DNA of 64,000 nucleotides from Candidatus Thorarchaeota archaeon (GCA_048882045.1 JBHLRZ010000003.1:32001-96000), one strand, 5' to 3'. Shown: positions 1 to 10,346, numbered from the stretch's first letter. Numbers and translations: made by a program. Notes: generated by a model not told the origin, from the letters alone.

Positions 1-704
1 TCATTGCAACATTTCTACAAGGATACAAGCGTAGGGACGGCAAAATTGAAACTGGTCCGAAGCACGACCTGCCCACCTTTGAAAACATCGGGCTGACGGG
101 GGACACTAATGGAAGTGTAAGTAAAACCTCCCCCATATTCATAGCATCATATCTTTCAGTCATGCTTTGGGGAGTAGTTTCAACAATCGTTCTAGGTCTG
201 TTTCCGTCCTATATTATCATTCTCAGTAATCTAGGATACCCCTTTGGCTCGGAGGACTTTGGTAATCTCCTATTGATCTGGAATCTAGTTAGAACAATGA
301 CTTTCATCGTAATCGCCAGGATATCTGGAGAACACATTAAACAAGCAATAGTCCTGGGAAGCCTGCTTTCAGTCATCTCAGGGTTTATGCTCTTCCTATT
401 CATTGACATCTGGATCTTTGCGATAGCCATGGTAATAGCTGGGATGGCAGTAGGTCTCAACTATCTGGGTGCATTGTATCTCGTTGTGTCAGCCACCAAC
501 ATTGAGAAAGGAGCTCATGCTGGTCTCGTGGAGAGTATGGGTGGTGTAGGACTCTTCCTTGGTCCTATTGTAGGAGGATGGATCATGGAAATTGGCTTGA
601 CTCTTCCATATCTGATGTGGGCAATGCTTGGAATCGTCGTGCTAATATTGATTGCATTCTTCATCATGAGAGATAGCAAAATAGAGCAAGTCACTATTCT
701 TTGA
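1..704 (+). CDS. MFS transporter, 5'-truncated by the window edge
   Basis: The frame of ORF 162..704 stays open back to position 3. Several hydrophobic TM helices and an MFS-like C-terminal half (KGAHAGLVESMGGVGLFLGPIVGG). Confidence 0.75.
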   Translation, partial: IATFLQGYKRRDGKIETGPKHDLPTFENIGLTGDTNGSVSKTSPIFIASYLSVMLWGVVSTIVLGLFPSYIIILSNLGYPFGSEDFGNLLLIWNLVRTMTFIVIARISGEHIKQAIVLGSLLSVISGFMLFLFIDIWIFAIAMVIAGMAVGLNYLGALYLVVSATNIEKGAHAGLVESMGGVGLFLGPIVGGWIMEIGLTLPYLMWAMLGIVVLILIAFFIMRDSKIEQVTIL

Positions 705-1455
705 ATACATCATCAAAGGAACCCTTAATGCAGGGAGCTTCATTGACGTCCTTCTTTGGTGGAGAGGGATACGCAACCTTACTGTGAGACAATCCTGCTT
801 CAACCAGCATGAATGCATTCTTTACTGCAATCACCCATGGATCGATAATGGGTACTCCTAGCTCCTCCATGATTGGTTTTAGATCAACCTCATGTGATAA
901 GGCTGTACATCCAAGAACAATTACATCAGCTCCACTTTCAATGAGATCTTTACTCTCTTTCAAAATAGCATTCTGTGCCGCTTCTGGGTTCTTTGAGATA
1001 TCGAGAACGGGTAATTGGAGATACCGTACACCAGTACAGAAGGACTCTAAACCTTCTTTTCGAACTCCATGCTCTATGCACTTTTTCAAGGATTCACCTT
1101 GGACTGTGATGACACCAAAACGTGTCCCAAGCGTGAGTGCAAAATGAAGGGCGGAATTTCGCGGACCAACAACTGGAATTGAAGAAATCTCACGCGCGGC
1201 TTCTAGGACCGGGTCACATGCACAGTCTATTACAATGACATCATACCCCTCTTTGTTGGCTCGGATAATCTGTTCAAGAATAAAGGGAGCGTTGTACGCC
1301 TCATCAGTCATAGATTCAACACTGTAAGTTCCGTGTCGAGGAGTAAAGTTACCTATCTCGCAACCTGGAGGAGTATGCTTGTCAACAAACGCCTTCTTTT
1401 TTGGATCAGTCCACCAGTCTATGCCAGTAGCTCCAATTAGGGCCAATCTAGTCAT
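694..1455 (-). CDS. Asp/Glu/hydantoin racemase family protein
   Basis: Two candidate catalytic Cys motifs IDCACDP and GADVIVLGCT, plus the C-terminal GLSHSKVAYPSP typical of hydantoin/allantoin racemases. Confidence 0.85.
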   Translation of the reverse strand: MTRLALIGATGIDWWTDPKKKAFVDKHTPPGCEIGNFTPRHGTYSVESMTDEAYNAPFILEQIIRANKEGYDVIVIDCACDPVLEAAREISSIPVVGPRNSALHFALTLGTRFGVITVQGESLKKCIEHGVRKEGLESFCTGVRYLQLPVLDISKNPEAAQNAILKESKDLIESGADVIVLGCTALSHEVDLKPIMEELGVPIIDPWVIAVKNAFMLVEAGLSHSKVAYPSPPKKDVNEAPCIKGSFDDVFKE

Positions 1456-1496
1456 GTTATACCTACTCCTATCGCTGGAATAACCGACTCCTAAAG

Positions 1497-2624
1497 CTAG
1501 TGAAGTCTTCCTATTATCTCTTCCATAGGCTTGTATTCGAGTTCTGGATGTCCATACCTTTCAGGAGAGAATGCTTTCTTTCCAATTTCAGTACTTCCAG
1601 CAAAACGTAATCTTTCATGAGCCTGGACAGCTGTGACCACCACCTTTAGCCCTTCCTTTAGGTCTGCACTCATGATACCATGTCCAGTGTCAGGATTATG
1701 CATACAGATCAAGTCCGGAAACATTACTACAGGTTTTCCATCACTCATAGCCATCATATACTCGTTCTTGACGACTACTTCGAATCGACCCTTGAGGTTC
1801 TCAGTCTTAATTCGAACCAGAACATGCCAATGACCCATTCGATCTTCACCCGTAACCTCTTCAACAACTCCTTTGGCAAGAATCTGACCACCCATGATAT
1901 CCAAGAAAGCATCGATTGGATCTTTCTTGTTCTCGTTCGCATCACGAACCGCAGATCCCAGTGCAATGGATTTTGAGATGCTGTTTGGTATTACTGCTTT
2001 CTTGAGTTGTGCACCTGTCTGATAGTAGTGATTGTTGGCTCCAGCTCCTCCGTCTTGAACGACAGCAAATCTACCAATCTCATCTGCAAGTGCAGGAGAT
2101 GTGGTCCTATCAACAATGATTACACTCCCATTCTTGGAGACTACAGGCATTGGACATAGTTCGATTCCATATCCAACAAAGGAGATCATCTGAGATTCCG
2201 GAGCAGATCTTCCTAGTCCATCACCATCAACACATGTGATACCAGTTCGAGCAGCCAAAGAGAGCATGACCGTTGTGTTAGTTCCACCAAGCTCGAACGG
2301 AACTAGGTGGTCTACTTTCTTTCCAGTTATTCTCTGGGATATCTTCATAGCTTCATGGAGTTCATATCGAGTTTCCCAAGACTCCAGCATATCTCCTATC
2401 GAAGTGAACGCCTTTACAGAACCCATGTAACCTCCACAAACAACGAATGCGTTATCCTTGATTTCGTCTGGAGGTGTGATCTCATAAACACGGTCCCTTT
2501 GATAATCCCAGTCAACCATGGGTTTACCAAAGGAAACAGGATCTCCTCCTCCACCAGTACCTAGAATCCCCACACCAGTAAGCATGTCATAGGCATTCTC
2601 TCTTGACAGCTTCATTCTATGCAA
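1497..2624 (-). CDS. DUF917 family protein (S-methyl-thiohydantoin desulfurase-like), paralogue 1
   Basis: LGTGGGGD, PFELGGTN, VDGDGLGRSAPE, KNEY and PDLI motifs. Confidence 0.85.
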   Translation of the reverse strand: MHRMKLSRENAYDMLTGVGILGTGGGGDPVSFGKPMVDWDYQRDRVYEITPPDEIKDNAFVVCGGYMGSVKAFTSIGDMLESWETRYELHEAMKISQRITGKKVDHLVPFELGGTNTTVMLSLAARTGITCVDGDGLGRSAPESQMISFVGYGIELCPMPVVSKNGSVIIVDRTTSPALADEIGRFAVVQDGGAGANNHYYQTGAQLKKAVIPNSISKSIALGSAVRDANENKKDPIDAFLDIMGGQILAKGVVEEVTGEDRMGHWHVLVRIKTENLKGRFEVVVKNEYMMAMSDGKPVVMFPDLICMHNPDTGHGIMSADLKEGLKVVVTAVQAHERLRFAGSTEIGKKAFSPERYGHPELEYKPMEEIIGRLH

Positions 2625-2644
2625 CCTCTACCAGTCTTCAGACT

Positions 2645-3445
2645 CTAATCTGCGTTTCTTGTTCCTTCCATTGAATGTACAAATTTGTACCAGCGCTGCT
2701 TGGTTCCAACCTTGGCTCTTCGGTTCCATCCACGGGATTTCGGTTCATCCTCTATCATTTGATGGAGTTTCTTAGCTTGATTGATTACCCGCTCCTTCTG
2801 GTCGTTGGTAATCTCATCAACCGTAGGAACAAAGTCGATGAATTTCTTGATGTTCTCCGTGACTGTATAGTAAAATCCCCAATCATCAGAGAGCATCTTT
2901 GCAATGTATGCACCATTGATCTTTGTGTCGTCTTCAACATCAGATACATCATGAGCGAGGAATGTAATGATCAAATCCTTCAGGTCTTTTGCATTGATTT
3001 CAACAATCTGTGTCTTTTCGAGGAATAATTCAGCAAGAGGAATTGTAGGTGCATCCACGTCCAAGCGTTTCTTCTCCTTGAAGTCAATCTTGTGACAGAA
3101 TTCTAAATGATCATAAAAGACATCGATCTTTCTACCAGTGTCTTTGTCTATGAATAGGTCTCTCAATGTGCTTGCTCTTGCAAAGCTTGGAGGCACCCAG
3201 TGATATCCGAGGTCATCCCTGAATAGGTTGATGATCTTTTGCTGGTATTTGTAGTAAGACACGTAGTCAATGTCAGTCACTTCTCGGCCCATTTTAATAT
3301 GAAGGTCAGTGTACTCGGGGCTTTTCAGTCTAAAGGCCAAGCAACCGATAATTCTCAAGGGAATTCCCAAGTCGGATGCAGCCTTCTCAATCCTGAGAGC
3401 CTCCTTCATGAAATCTTCCAAGATCGGACCATATTTTCCTGTCAC
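2645..3445 (-). CDS. Uncharacterised Pol-beta-type nucleotidyltransferase superfamily protein
   Basis: hG[C]LA...DIDY...KIDVF pattern (G, DxD and a third Asp), plus EKTQIVEINAKDLKD. Confidence 0.6.
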   Translation of the reverse strand: MTGKYGPILEDFMKEALRIEKAASDLGIPLRIIGCLAFRLKSPEYTDLHIKMGREVTDIDYVSYYKYQQKIINLFRDDLGYHWVPPSFARASTLRDLFIDKDTGRKIDVFYDHLEFCHKIDFKEKKRLDVDAPTIPLAELFLEKTQIVEINAKDLKDLIITFLAHDVSDVEDDTKINGAYIAKMLSDDWGFYYTVTENIKKFIDFVPTVDEITNDQKERVINQAKKLHQMIEDEPKSRGWNRRAKVGTKQRWYKFVHSMEGTRNAD

Positions 3446-3637
3446 TCACGTTACACCTCTAGGTTGGACGTCTGAATACTCGATGTGCCATTAATATGTT
3501 GTGTCGAACAGACGTTTTTCTGGTATTTTTCTAATCTATATTAAAGTGCTCGGATAAGGTTGTATCGTTAAACTTTAAACTAGGCAGAACTGTCGAATTG
3601 ACAGATGGTGTAGTCACACCGAACCTGAGGTAATCAA

Positions 3638-4579
3638 ATGAGAATATTTCTTGCTGCTGATCCACACGGAAGTCAACAGACTTGGGAGAAGATGTGTAGA
3701 GCTCCTAAAGTCTTCAAGGCGGACGTAGCTATGATGTGTGGGGATCTTACAGGTAAGGCAATTATGCCAATCATCCAAGAGAAGGAAGACAGATGGTATG
3801 CACAACCACATGGAAGTAAGAAGACTTTCAAGAAACAGAAGGATCTTGACAAGTTCGTTAAATTCACTGAGGATGAAGGATACTATCCAAAGATTCTAAC
3901 ACCTGACGAATTAGATGAGCTCAGAAACACTCCAGGATCCATCACGAAGCTGTTCCAAGAGCTCATGGTTGAGAGAATTAAACTCTGGATGGACATGGCA
4001 AACGAGAGAATTCCAGAGGACATAATGGTTGTCGTAAATCCTGGAAATGATGATGACTACAGTATCGATGAGGTCATCAAGAACGACCCTCGTGTCATCT
4101 ATCCCCTTGAAAAGGTTGTAGATGTCAAAGGTTATCCAATGATAAGCTTGGAATGGGTAAACTCTACTCCTTGGGACACACACAGAGAATGCCCTGATGA
4201 AGAATTGTTAGACAAGTTAGAAGCAGAGTTTGCTCGAATCGATACAGACGACTACTCCAACGTACTCTGCAATTTCCATGATCCTCCACACAACTCTGGT
4301 CTGGACACAGCTCCAATGCTTGATGAAGAGCACAAAGTTGTGAAGGCTGGAGCACATGAGATTTTGGGTCCAGTTGGTAGTAAGTCCGTCAGAGCTGTGA
4401 TTGAAAAGTACCAACCTCTACTTGGAATGCACGGTCACATTCACGAATCAGTCGGGTATCGACAGATTGGTCGTACTCTCTGTGTCAATCCAGGTTCAGA
4501 ATACAGAGAAGGCATTTTGAAAGGCTTTCTAATAACAATTGAAGATGGCAAGGTTCAAGCCGGTAGGGTTGAACTCTAG
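3638..4579 (+). CDS. Calcineurin-like metallophosphoesterase (Icc-related)
   Basis: DPHG, GDLTG, PGNDD, HDPP, HGHIHE and NPGS motifs. Confidence 0.9.
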   Translation: MRIFLAADPHGSQQTWEKMCRAPKVFKADVAMMCGDLTGKAIMPIIQEKEDRWYAQPHGSKKTFKKQKDLDKFVKFTEDEGYYPKILTPDELDELRNTPGSITKLFQELMVERIKLWMDMANERIPEDIMVVVNPGNDDDYSIDEVIKNDPRVIYPLEKVVDVKGYPMISLEWVNSTPWDTHRECPDEELLDKLEAEFARIDTDDYSNVLCNFHDPPHNSGLDTAPMLDEEHKVVKAGAHEILGPVGSKSVRAVIEKYQPLLGMHGHIHESVGYRQIGRTLCVNPGSEYREGILKGFLITIEDGKVQAGRVEL

Positions 4580-4596
4580 TTTTCATCATATCGTGA

Positions 4597-4628
4597 GGAG
4601 TGCTGAAGCACTCCCCTACTGTTTTTCT
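4597..4628 (+). terminator. Hairpin plus U-tract terminator candidate
   Basis: GGAGTGC-TGAA-GCACTCC followed by a TTTTT run, about 17 nt after the metallophosphoesterase stop. Confidence 0.55.
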
Positions 4629-4699
4629 GCAACTCCATCGAAAATATATAGCAGCGAGCTTAAACTGAGTTTAATAAAATCAATCTGGAATGGGATTCA

Positions 4700-5815
4700 A
4701 TGACGCTTTTATTAAAGACCAGAACAGATGTTGAAGATCTTGCTACAGGTTGCACCTTCTTTGGGACAGGTGGGGGTGGTGACAAAAGGCTAGGTCTTGA
4801 CATGCTTTATCCGCATGTTGATGCGGGTAAAACAATAGAGATTGTTGATGTTAGTACTGTGAAAGATGATGATTGGGTAGCGTGTGCATACTACTCAGGT
4901 ACGATAGCTCCTCCAACACCAGAGATTGAAGCATTGAGAACTCGATTTCCTTGGGACTATTTCGAGAAAGAGCTAGCTCTAGGTCTCCAGACACTTGAGG
5001 ATCACATGGGAGTCAAGTTTGCGGTGGTAGCACCTTTTGAACTCGGAGGTGTTAATACCCCTGCACCGATTGATGCTGCTGTGAAACATGGAATACCATG
5101 CGTCGATGGGGACTATTCAGGAAGAGCCGTCCCAGAGATTTGCCAGAATACAGTGTGTGTTTTGGGATTCTCAATGGCCCCAATGGCTCTGATAGATTGG
5201 TATGGGAACAAGAGTATTGTCGAACATGTCATCAATTATGAGATGGGAGAACGTCTTTCGAAGGCTCTGAGTGAAGTTGCATGGGGACGTCTTGGTAATG
5301 TTGCATTTCCAGTTCAAGGGAAAGATTTCCACAAGGCAATCATTCCAGACACTTTGACCAAGAGTTACAACGTAGGAAGAATCATTCGAGAGAGTAGAGA
5401 ATCTGGGGATGATCCCGCTGAGAAAATAGTGGAGGAAGTCGGTGGGTGGATTCTGTTCCGTGGAGAAGTCATCGACAAATGGTGGGAGAACAGAGAAGGA
5501 TACATGTGGGGTGAGACCACTATCAAGGGGACTGGAATCAAACCCGGAGAGAAATTCAAGGTCTGGTTCAAGAACGAAAACCATGTCACTTGGTTGGACG
5601 GCAAGCCTTGGATAATGAGTCCTGACATAATTGAAATCATAGATGAAAAAACAGGGGAACCAATCACTAATACTGACATCAAGAAAGGAGACAAAGTCAG
5701 TGTTATCGGAATGGAAGGCGGTTCAATCTTCAGAGAACCAGAAGGACTGAAGGTCTTAGGACCTCATCACTTTGGATTTGATATTGACTACAAACCTATT
5801 GAGAAGATGGTATAA
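4700..5815 (+). CDS. DUF917 family protein, paralogue 2
   Basis: FGTGGGGD, PFELGGVN, VDGDYSGRAVPE, KNEN and SPDII motifs; clearly homologous to 1497..2624. Confidence 0.85.
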   Translation: MTLLLKTRTDVEDLATGCTFFGTGGGGDKRLGLDMLYPHVDAGKTIEIVDVSTVKDDDWVACAYYSGTIAPPTPEIEALRTRFPWDYFEKELALGLQTLEDHMGVKFAVVAPFELGGVNTPAPIDAAVKHGIPCVDGDYSGRAVPEICQNTVCVLGFSMAPMALIDWYGNKSIVEHVINYEMGERLSKALSEVAWGRLGNVAFPVQGKDFHKAIIPDTLTKSYNVGRIIRESRESGDDPAEKIVEEVGGWILFRGEVIDKWWENREGYMWGETTIKGTGIKPGEKFKVWFKNENHVTWLDGKPWIMSPDIIEIIDEKTGEPITNTDIKKGDKVSVIGMEGGSIFREPEGLKVLGPHHFGFDIDYKPIEKMV

Positions 5816-5864
5816 ACGTGGGAGGGCTGACTGAAATGAAGCAGTTGGCCTTCTAACCTCTTTA

Positions 5865-6566
5865 TTATTCAGTTGGATACCGTAGAATGACTGTATAGTG
5901 TTTTCTAAAACCGCCAGGTTCTTGTTGAACATCGATTCCTGTGTAATCAATAGTGAAGAACTTGATCAGATTCTTCTCAGGATCTTCGCTAGCTTTCCGC
6001 ATTATTCGGGAAGTATGGTTGATGAGAATTTGTACCCACTTCTGAAGGTACTTTCGTTCCCTCGAAACAAGAGCAGGATTGGCTTCTATATAATTGTGAA
6101 TAGCCCAGGCAATCCTACGATTGTAGATACCTCCAGCTAAGAAATTGATCATCACTAGTGCAATTGCGAGCAATGCAAGAGGAACCAAGAAATCCTGTAG
6201 AAAAGCCAGCTGAAACACCCAGGTCAGGAGGAGGATAGGAACGATGATGGTAATCAATGCCATTGAAGCGAATGAGAAGTATTGTTTCCTGTTTAGCATG
6301 GACTCAACACCCTCGATTTTAGGACCAATGGCTGCAAGTTTGTGCAGTACCGTACGAATTGTTCCCCATTGTCTGACGAATTTCTGGGGAGCCTTACCCT
6401 CATTGATTGACTTGTCAATGAAGCCGAGGTCATAGCATCGGTTTATTCGATAGCCGTCTAATACTGTAATCAAGTTCTTGCTGAACTTCAGATCCAACTC
6501 AGACGGATCGAATTCAAATTCTTCCAAGCTGAGTTTTCTTTTTTCACGTTTTGACCGATGACTCAT
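5865..6566 (-). CDS. Hypothetical protein with two central TM helices
   Basis: 233-aa ORF with two adjacent hydrophobic stretches; no motif recognised. Confidence 0.6.
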   Translation of the reverse strand: MSHRSKREKRKLSLEEFEFDPSELDLKFSKNLITVLDGYRINRCYDLGFIDKSINEGKAPQKFVRQWGTIRTVLHKLAAIGPKIEGVESMLNRKQYFSFASMALITIIVPILLLTWVFQLAFLQDFLVPLALLAIALVMINFLAGGIYNRRIAWAIHNYIEANPALVSRERKYLQKWVQILINHTSRIMRKASEDPEKNLIKFFTIDYTGIDVQQEPGGFRKHYTVILRYPTE

Positions 6567-6707
6567 ATTGTTTTGGCCTCTCTTTGGTCACACATGGGAA
6601 CCGCTAATTAATAGTATCGATTTCTAAAGGTACTCAGTAGTATTGAATTAAGAATGTTTAAGAACCTGACAGTTTGCACCTGCTATATCAAGGGTGATAC
6701 TTTCACT

Positions 6708-7640
6708 ATGACTGACGACGATAGGTTGCCAGATGTCGAGTATACTGGCATTTGTCCACACAGCGAGAAGAAGCATGAATTGCAAATCAATAAGGACATG
6801 GCGAGATTCATACTCCCTCGTGAGAAGAAGAGGAAAGAGTATTCTGCATTGTACGATGCTGAGTGGGAAGAGGTTGTGTCATTCGAAGTCAGTGGAGTTC
6901 ACTTTGCAAAAGGTGGCGAAACCTGGCCCATTGATGAGGACTTTCCAGAAGGATTCGACCCAATTGGCGTGGCAGGGATTGTATTTCTGTTTATGATGCC
7001 TTTGGGCAAGGCTGTATTTCCGATTTGGACAACAATTCCCTTTGAGGATGTTCCAACTGTGAGATCCTGGATTGAAGATCGTCTTGAGCGTCCATCACTT
7101 CCCGGACTGGCACATCATGGTACATCTGCAGCAGTCAAGTATATTCTCAATCATTGTGAAGTCTTTTCTAGAATATCGGCTGAGTGGAATGATTGGACAA
7201 GAAAGGGACGTCAGGATAAACCGAATCCAAAATTTAGGGAGATACCTCCTGACTATGTTTATTGCAAAGAAGGTATGGCAATTGATTTCTATGGTGCGGG
7301 AGAGCAGTTAGAGCAGATGTCCACTTTTTGGCCTTGGAGAAGAATTAAGCGTGTTTTTGCAGATGACCAAGAGTATGTCGTACGATACCAATGGTACGAG
7401 GATGCTTATGTTTTCAATCAACAAGTGCTGGATGATGATTCACGTCATCAGTTTGCTCAGGCAGCTGAAGAGGCTCTTGAGGTCTACAACGCATCTGATG
7501 ATGTTGCTGAATACTTGCTGATCAGACCCTGGTCATTTCCAGCCAGGTTCCATAGAACTTGGGACAAGTTAGAACCGTTCTCAAGCAAGGCCAGTAGAAA
7601 CAGATTCCCACCAATCTATGATTTCAAAGAGGATTATTGA
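6708..7640 (+). CDS. Hypothetical protein
   Basis: Long ORF (track 6654..7640); the ATG at 6708 follows a GGTGA ribosome-binding-like motif. No family recognised. Confidence 0.55.
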   Translation: MTDDDRLPDVEYTGICPHSEKKHELQINKDMARFILPREKKRKEYSALYDAEWEEVVSFEVSGVHFAKGGETWPIDEDFPEGFDPIGVAGIVFLFMMPLGKAVFPIWTTIPFEDVPTVRSWIEDRLERPSLPGLAHHGTSAAVKYILNHCEVFSRISAEWNDWTRKGRQDKPNPKFREIPPDYVYCKEGMAIDFYGAGEQLEQMSTFWPWRRIKRVFADDQEYVVRYQWYEDAYVFNQQVLDDDSRHQFAQAAEEALEVYNASDDVAEYLLIRPWSFPARFHRTWDKLEPFSSKASRNRFPPIYDFKEDY

Positions 7641-7677
7641 GTATCACTTGTTACGTGTGGATTTTCAAAGTGAATTG

Positions 7678-7715
7678 AAAAAGAAAAGGGAAGAAGAGAG
7701 CTTGCTGCTCTCTTC
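7678..7715 (-). terminator. Hairpin plus U-rich tract terminator of the APC permease
   Basis: 9-bp inverted repeat GAAGAGAGC/GCTCTCTTC followed on the minus strand by TTCCCTTTTCTTTTT. Confidence 0.6.
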
Positions 7716-7727
7716 AACTTGTACTGA

Positions 7728-9260
7728 TTACTCTGGTGGTAGTTGTCCAAAGATGGCTGACATCTCGATGCCTTTCGCCTTGTTCTTGGCTCCGTAGTAC
7801 ATGTAGGCTAACTGACCTATGACATACACGGCAACCGTGAAGGCTACTTCGAAGGGCAATCCTGGGACATATGCGATGATAGCCCAGAAGAACATCATAC
7901 CAGATATTAGACCTCCAATTGAGATCAATGGTATGCCTAGTAACTTCCATGCACCGCTTCTCTCCCATAACGTTGGTCGATAGTATGGTAGCGATACCGC
8001 TGCCAGTGCCATCTGCCATCGAATGAAGACATAGGTGTATGCTACACCTATCAGCGACGCAAGTGCAGTGCCAAAGTAGAATTCTAGGGCTGTAGCGTAT
8101 GCAACTGTACCAACTGAAAGAATCAGCCAGAACCACAGTGTAATGTGTGGTACGTGATACTTCGGATGGACCCTTGCAAATGCCTCCGGACAGAATCTGT
8201 CCATAGCCATCGAGTGCATTGGCCTCGTCACCCACAGAGCATTGCTTGGTGAGTCTAACACGCTCGCGAAGACCGGACACAAGATCACGAACCAAGCGAG
8301 TGGATTAGCGCCAAGAATGACTGCTGCGTAGTTACCGAAACCTGGGAACACACCACCAACTATGTTGATACCGTATAGGTATGGACCCATGCAGCTCTCG
8401 ACTGCGAATGCTGACAATAGGAAGAAGCCGGCAATTCCAGCCCATCCACCAAGGTTGCTCAGTGGGATGTTCCTACTCGGTTGTGAAACTTCACCAGCTA
8501 CGGGCATGATCAGGTATGGCCACATACCTCCTACTGTCAGGAGGAGTGCACCGCCGACTGCCCCTACGTTGAAGTTCACGAAGCCTGAGTTGTCAAATGC
8601 AGCAATTGCTGCCCAAGAACCAGCACCCATACTGTTTTCCCAGACTGTCTGCGTAATCGGGGTCATTATCATGACCAGGTCTGCAACTAACAACGCTATG
8701 ATATTGATGAGACCCAAAATAATCGTGAACCATCCTAACCACTTGACAGACAAATAGCTAAAGATGAACCCGACAAGAATCATCAATACCGCAGCGGTGA
8801 ACAACACTATAATGTCGCCTCCAAGAGAGGTTGCAAACGCCAACAGAGCGGTGTTGCTTGTGGCAGTACCGATAACGGTCAGACCGCCTGCGAAGATTTG
8901 TACAGCGAAAAAGCTTCCAGTTCCTCTGAAGACAGGATTAGTGATTACACTTCGCCAGCCTTCCATTACACCAAATATGGGGCTCAGACCTCTTCCAGTG
9001 AAGTGGTATGAAGCACCCGATCTTGGCATCGCAAGCATCAGACACATGAGTGCAATAGCTTCAAAGAATACAATTCCTGAACCCAATGCGTACATCGGTA
9101 AGAGATGTGCACCTGGATACCAAGTGGAGACCTGTGGTCCGAAGTAGTGGAACCATGGTCCTAGTGTTAGTGCAATGGGGAGTAGAAGGGCAAATCCAGT
9201 CCCGACTTCTTTGACAAGACCGGAGCTCTCTCGCACGAAGAGGAGTTTTTCCTCACCCAA
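7728..9260 (-). CDS. APC family amino acid/amine permease
   Basis: FVRESSGLVKE N-terminus, AMPRSGASY, AGEVSQPSRNIP, about 12 TM helices and a GQLPPE C-terminus. Confidence 0.9.
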   Translation of the reverse strand: MGEEKLLFVRESSGLVKEVGTGFALLLPIALTLGPWFHYFGPQVSTWYPGAHLLPMYALGSGIVFFEAIALMCLMLAMPRSGASYHFTGRGLSPIFGVMEGWRSVITNPVFRGTGSFFAVQIFAGGLTVIGTATSNTALLAFATSLGGDIIVLFTAAVLMILVGFIFSYLSVKWLGWFTIILGLINIIALLVADLVMIMTPITQTVWENSMGAGSWAAIAAFDNSGFVNFNVGAVGGALLLTVGGMWPYLIMPVAGEVSQPSRNIPLSNLGGWAGIAGFFLLSAFAVESCMGPYLYGINIVGGVFPGFGNYAAVILGANPLAWFVILCPVFASVLDSPSNALWVTRPMHSMAMDRFCPEAFARVHPKYHVPHITLWFWLILSVGTVAYATALEFYFGTALASLIGVAYTYVFIRWQMALAAVSLPYYRPTLWERSGAWKLLGIPLISIGGLISGMMFFWAIIAYVPGLPFEVAFTVAVYVIGQLAYMYYGAKNKAKGIEMSAIFGQLPPE

Positions 9261-9527
9261 TTTGCGTGTTCTCCTTTATTTCTCTCTCACGACAGAATAC
9301 TAAATTGTATCGTGATAGTTGACTACAGAGTGATTTCTGATATTTAACCAGTACGGTCGTTTTTGTCAAATTCATATTTAATGAAAAAGCACCATAGTCT
9401 CAGCTTGGTCTGGAAGCTCGGCAATCGACGTTGAAAAATTGTTATACACCCACTGATACTTTAACTTCCACTTTAAGAATATGACTTGTGTTAAAGACGC
9501 ATGAAGTAGGCATCCATGAAGGCAAAA

Positions 9528-10346
9528 TCACGACTTTCGAAGGCGTTTGAAGAACTCGGTGTCGAGCAATAGGACTTTGACCTGTTTTTCTCTGACTCCA
9601 GTACGACTCTCTACAAGTACATTCAGCATGATCTCTAGGTCCATGATATGTACAGGTTGGACTTGCACCTTCTGGTCCTTTCCTCTGTATCCAAGAGCTT
9701 CTTGCTTTCCAGCTTCTGTTACAATGCCGTTGGAAAGCAGGACACCCTGGTTTGCATTGTAGTTCTGCAGGGTTCCTCGGATCTCTCGGATGAATTCGAA
9801 ACCAATCTTCTCATCATATGCGCACTTTCTGGCAAAGACCACGACCGGAGAACGACCACCATCGTCCCTCCATGATGTGACCATAACGATGTTTCCGTTA
9901 TATCTGTCAACAACTGTGGCTTCCTCTTGTCGTGCACGGATGTTTGTAAGAACGATTTCAGCCAAACGTTCGAACTCTTCGATGCTGAGCTTTGAGATTT
10001 CGTGTCGCATTTCTCTTCTTGTGGCACGTTCGAAATCCTTGGCCTTTTCTGTGACCTCTTTGATGAGCTCTTCGTCAACGGCTCCTTCACAAAGGTCGTT
10101 GTACTGATAGAGTCCCGGACCAGTCCTTACGAAGTAGGCGGGTCTGTTGTCCTCTTTGGCTTGCTTCATCTCGATTGAGAGTGAGGCTGAAACAGAAGCT
10201 GGGTCTCGTTCTAATGCCTCTGCGATTTCCTTGTAGTGGACTGGTTCATTTCGTCCATGTTGAGCCAGCCATTCTCTCAATGTTGGTTTTGCCGCTTTTC
10301 CTGCCAATTCAATCTCAACCGATGTCCTAGTTTGGGTCTTTACCAT
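9528..10346 (-). CDS. HARE-HTH/winged-helix + Mrr-like restriction endonuclease-fold protein with a degenerate active site
   Basis: N-terminal PVHYKEIAE...FVRTGPGLY (HARE-HTH-like). C-terminal LSIEEFERL...IREIRGTL...QGVLLS...A (Mrr_cat-like). Start placed at Met30 of the track ORF. Confidence 0.7.
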   Translation of the reverse strand: MVKTQTRTSVEIELAGKAAKPTLREWLAQHGRNEPVHYKEIAEALERDPASVSASLSIEMKQAKEDNRPAYFVRTGPGLYQYNDLCEGAVDEELIKEVTEKAKDFERATRREMRHEISKLSIEEFERLAEIVLTNIRARQEEATVVDRYNGNIVMVTSWRDDGGRSPVVVFARKCAYDEKIGFEFIREIRGTLQNYNANQGVLLSNGIVTEAGKQEALGYRGKDQKVQVQPVHIMDLEIMLNVLVESRTGVREKQVKVLLLDTEFFKRLRKS

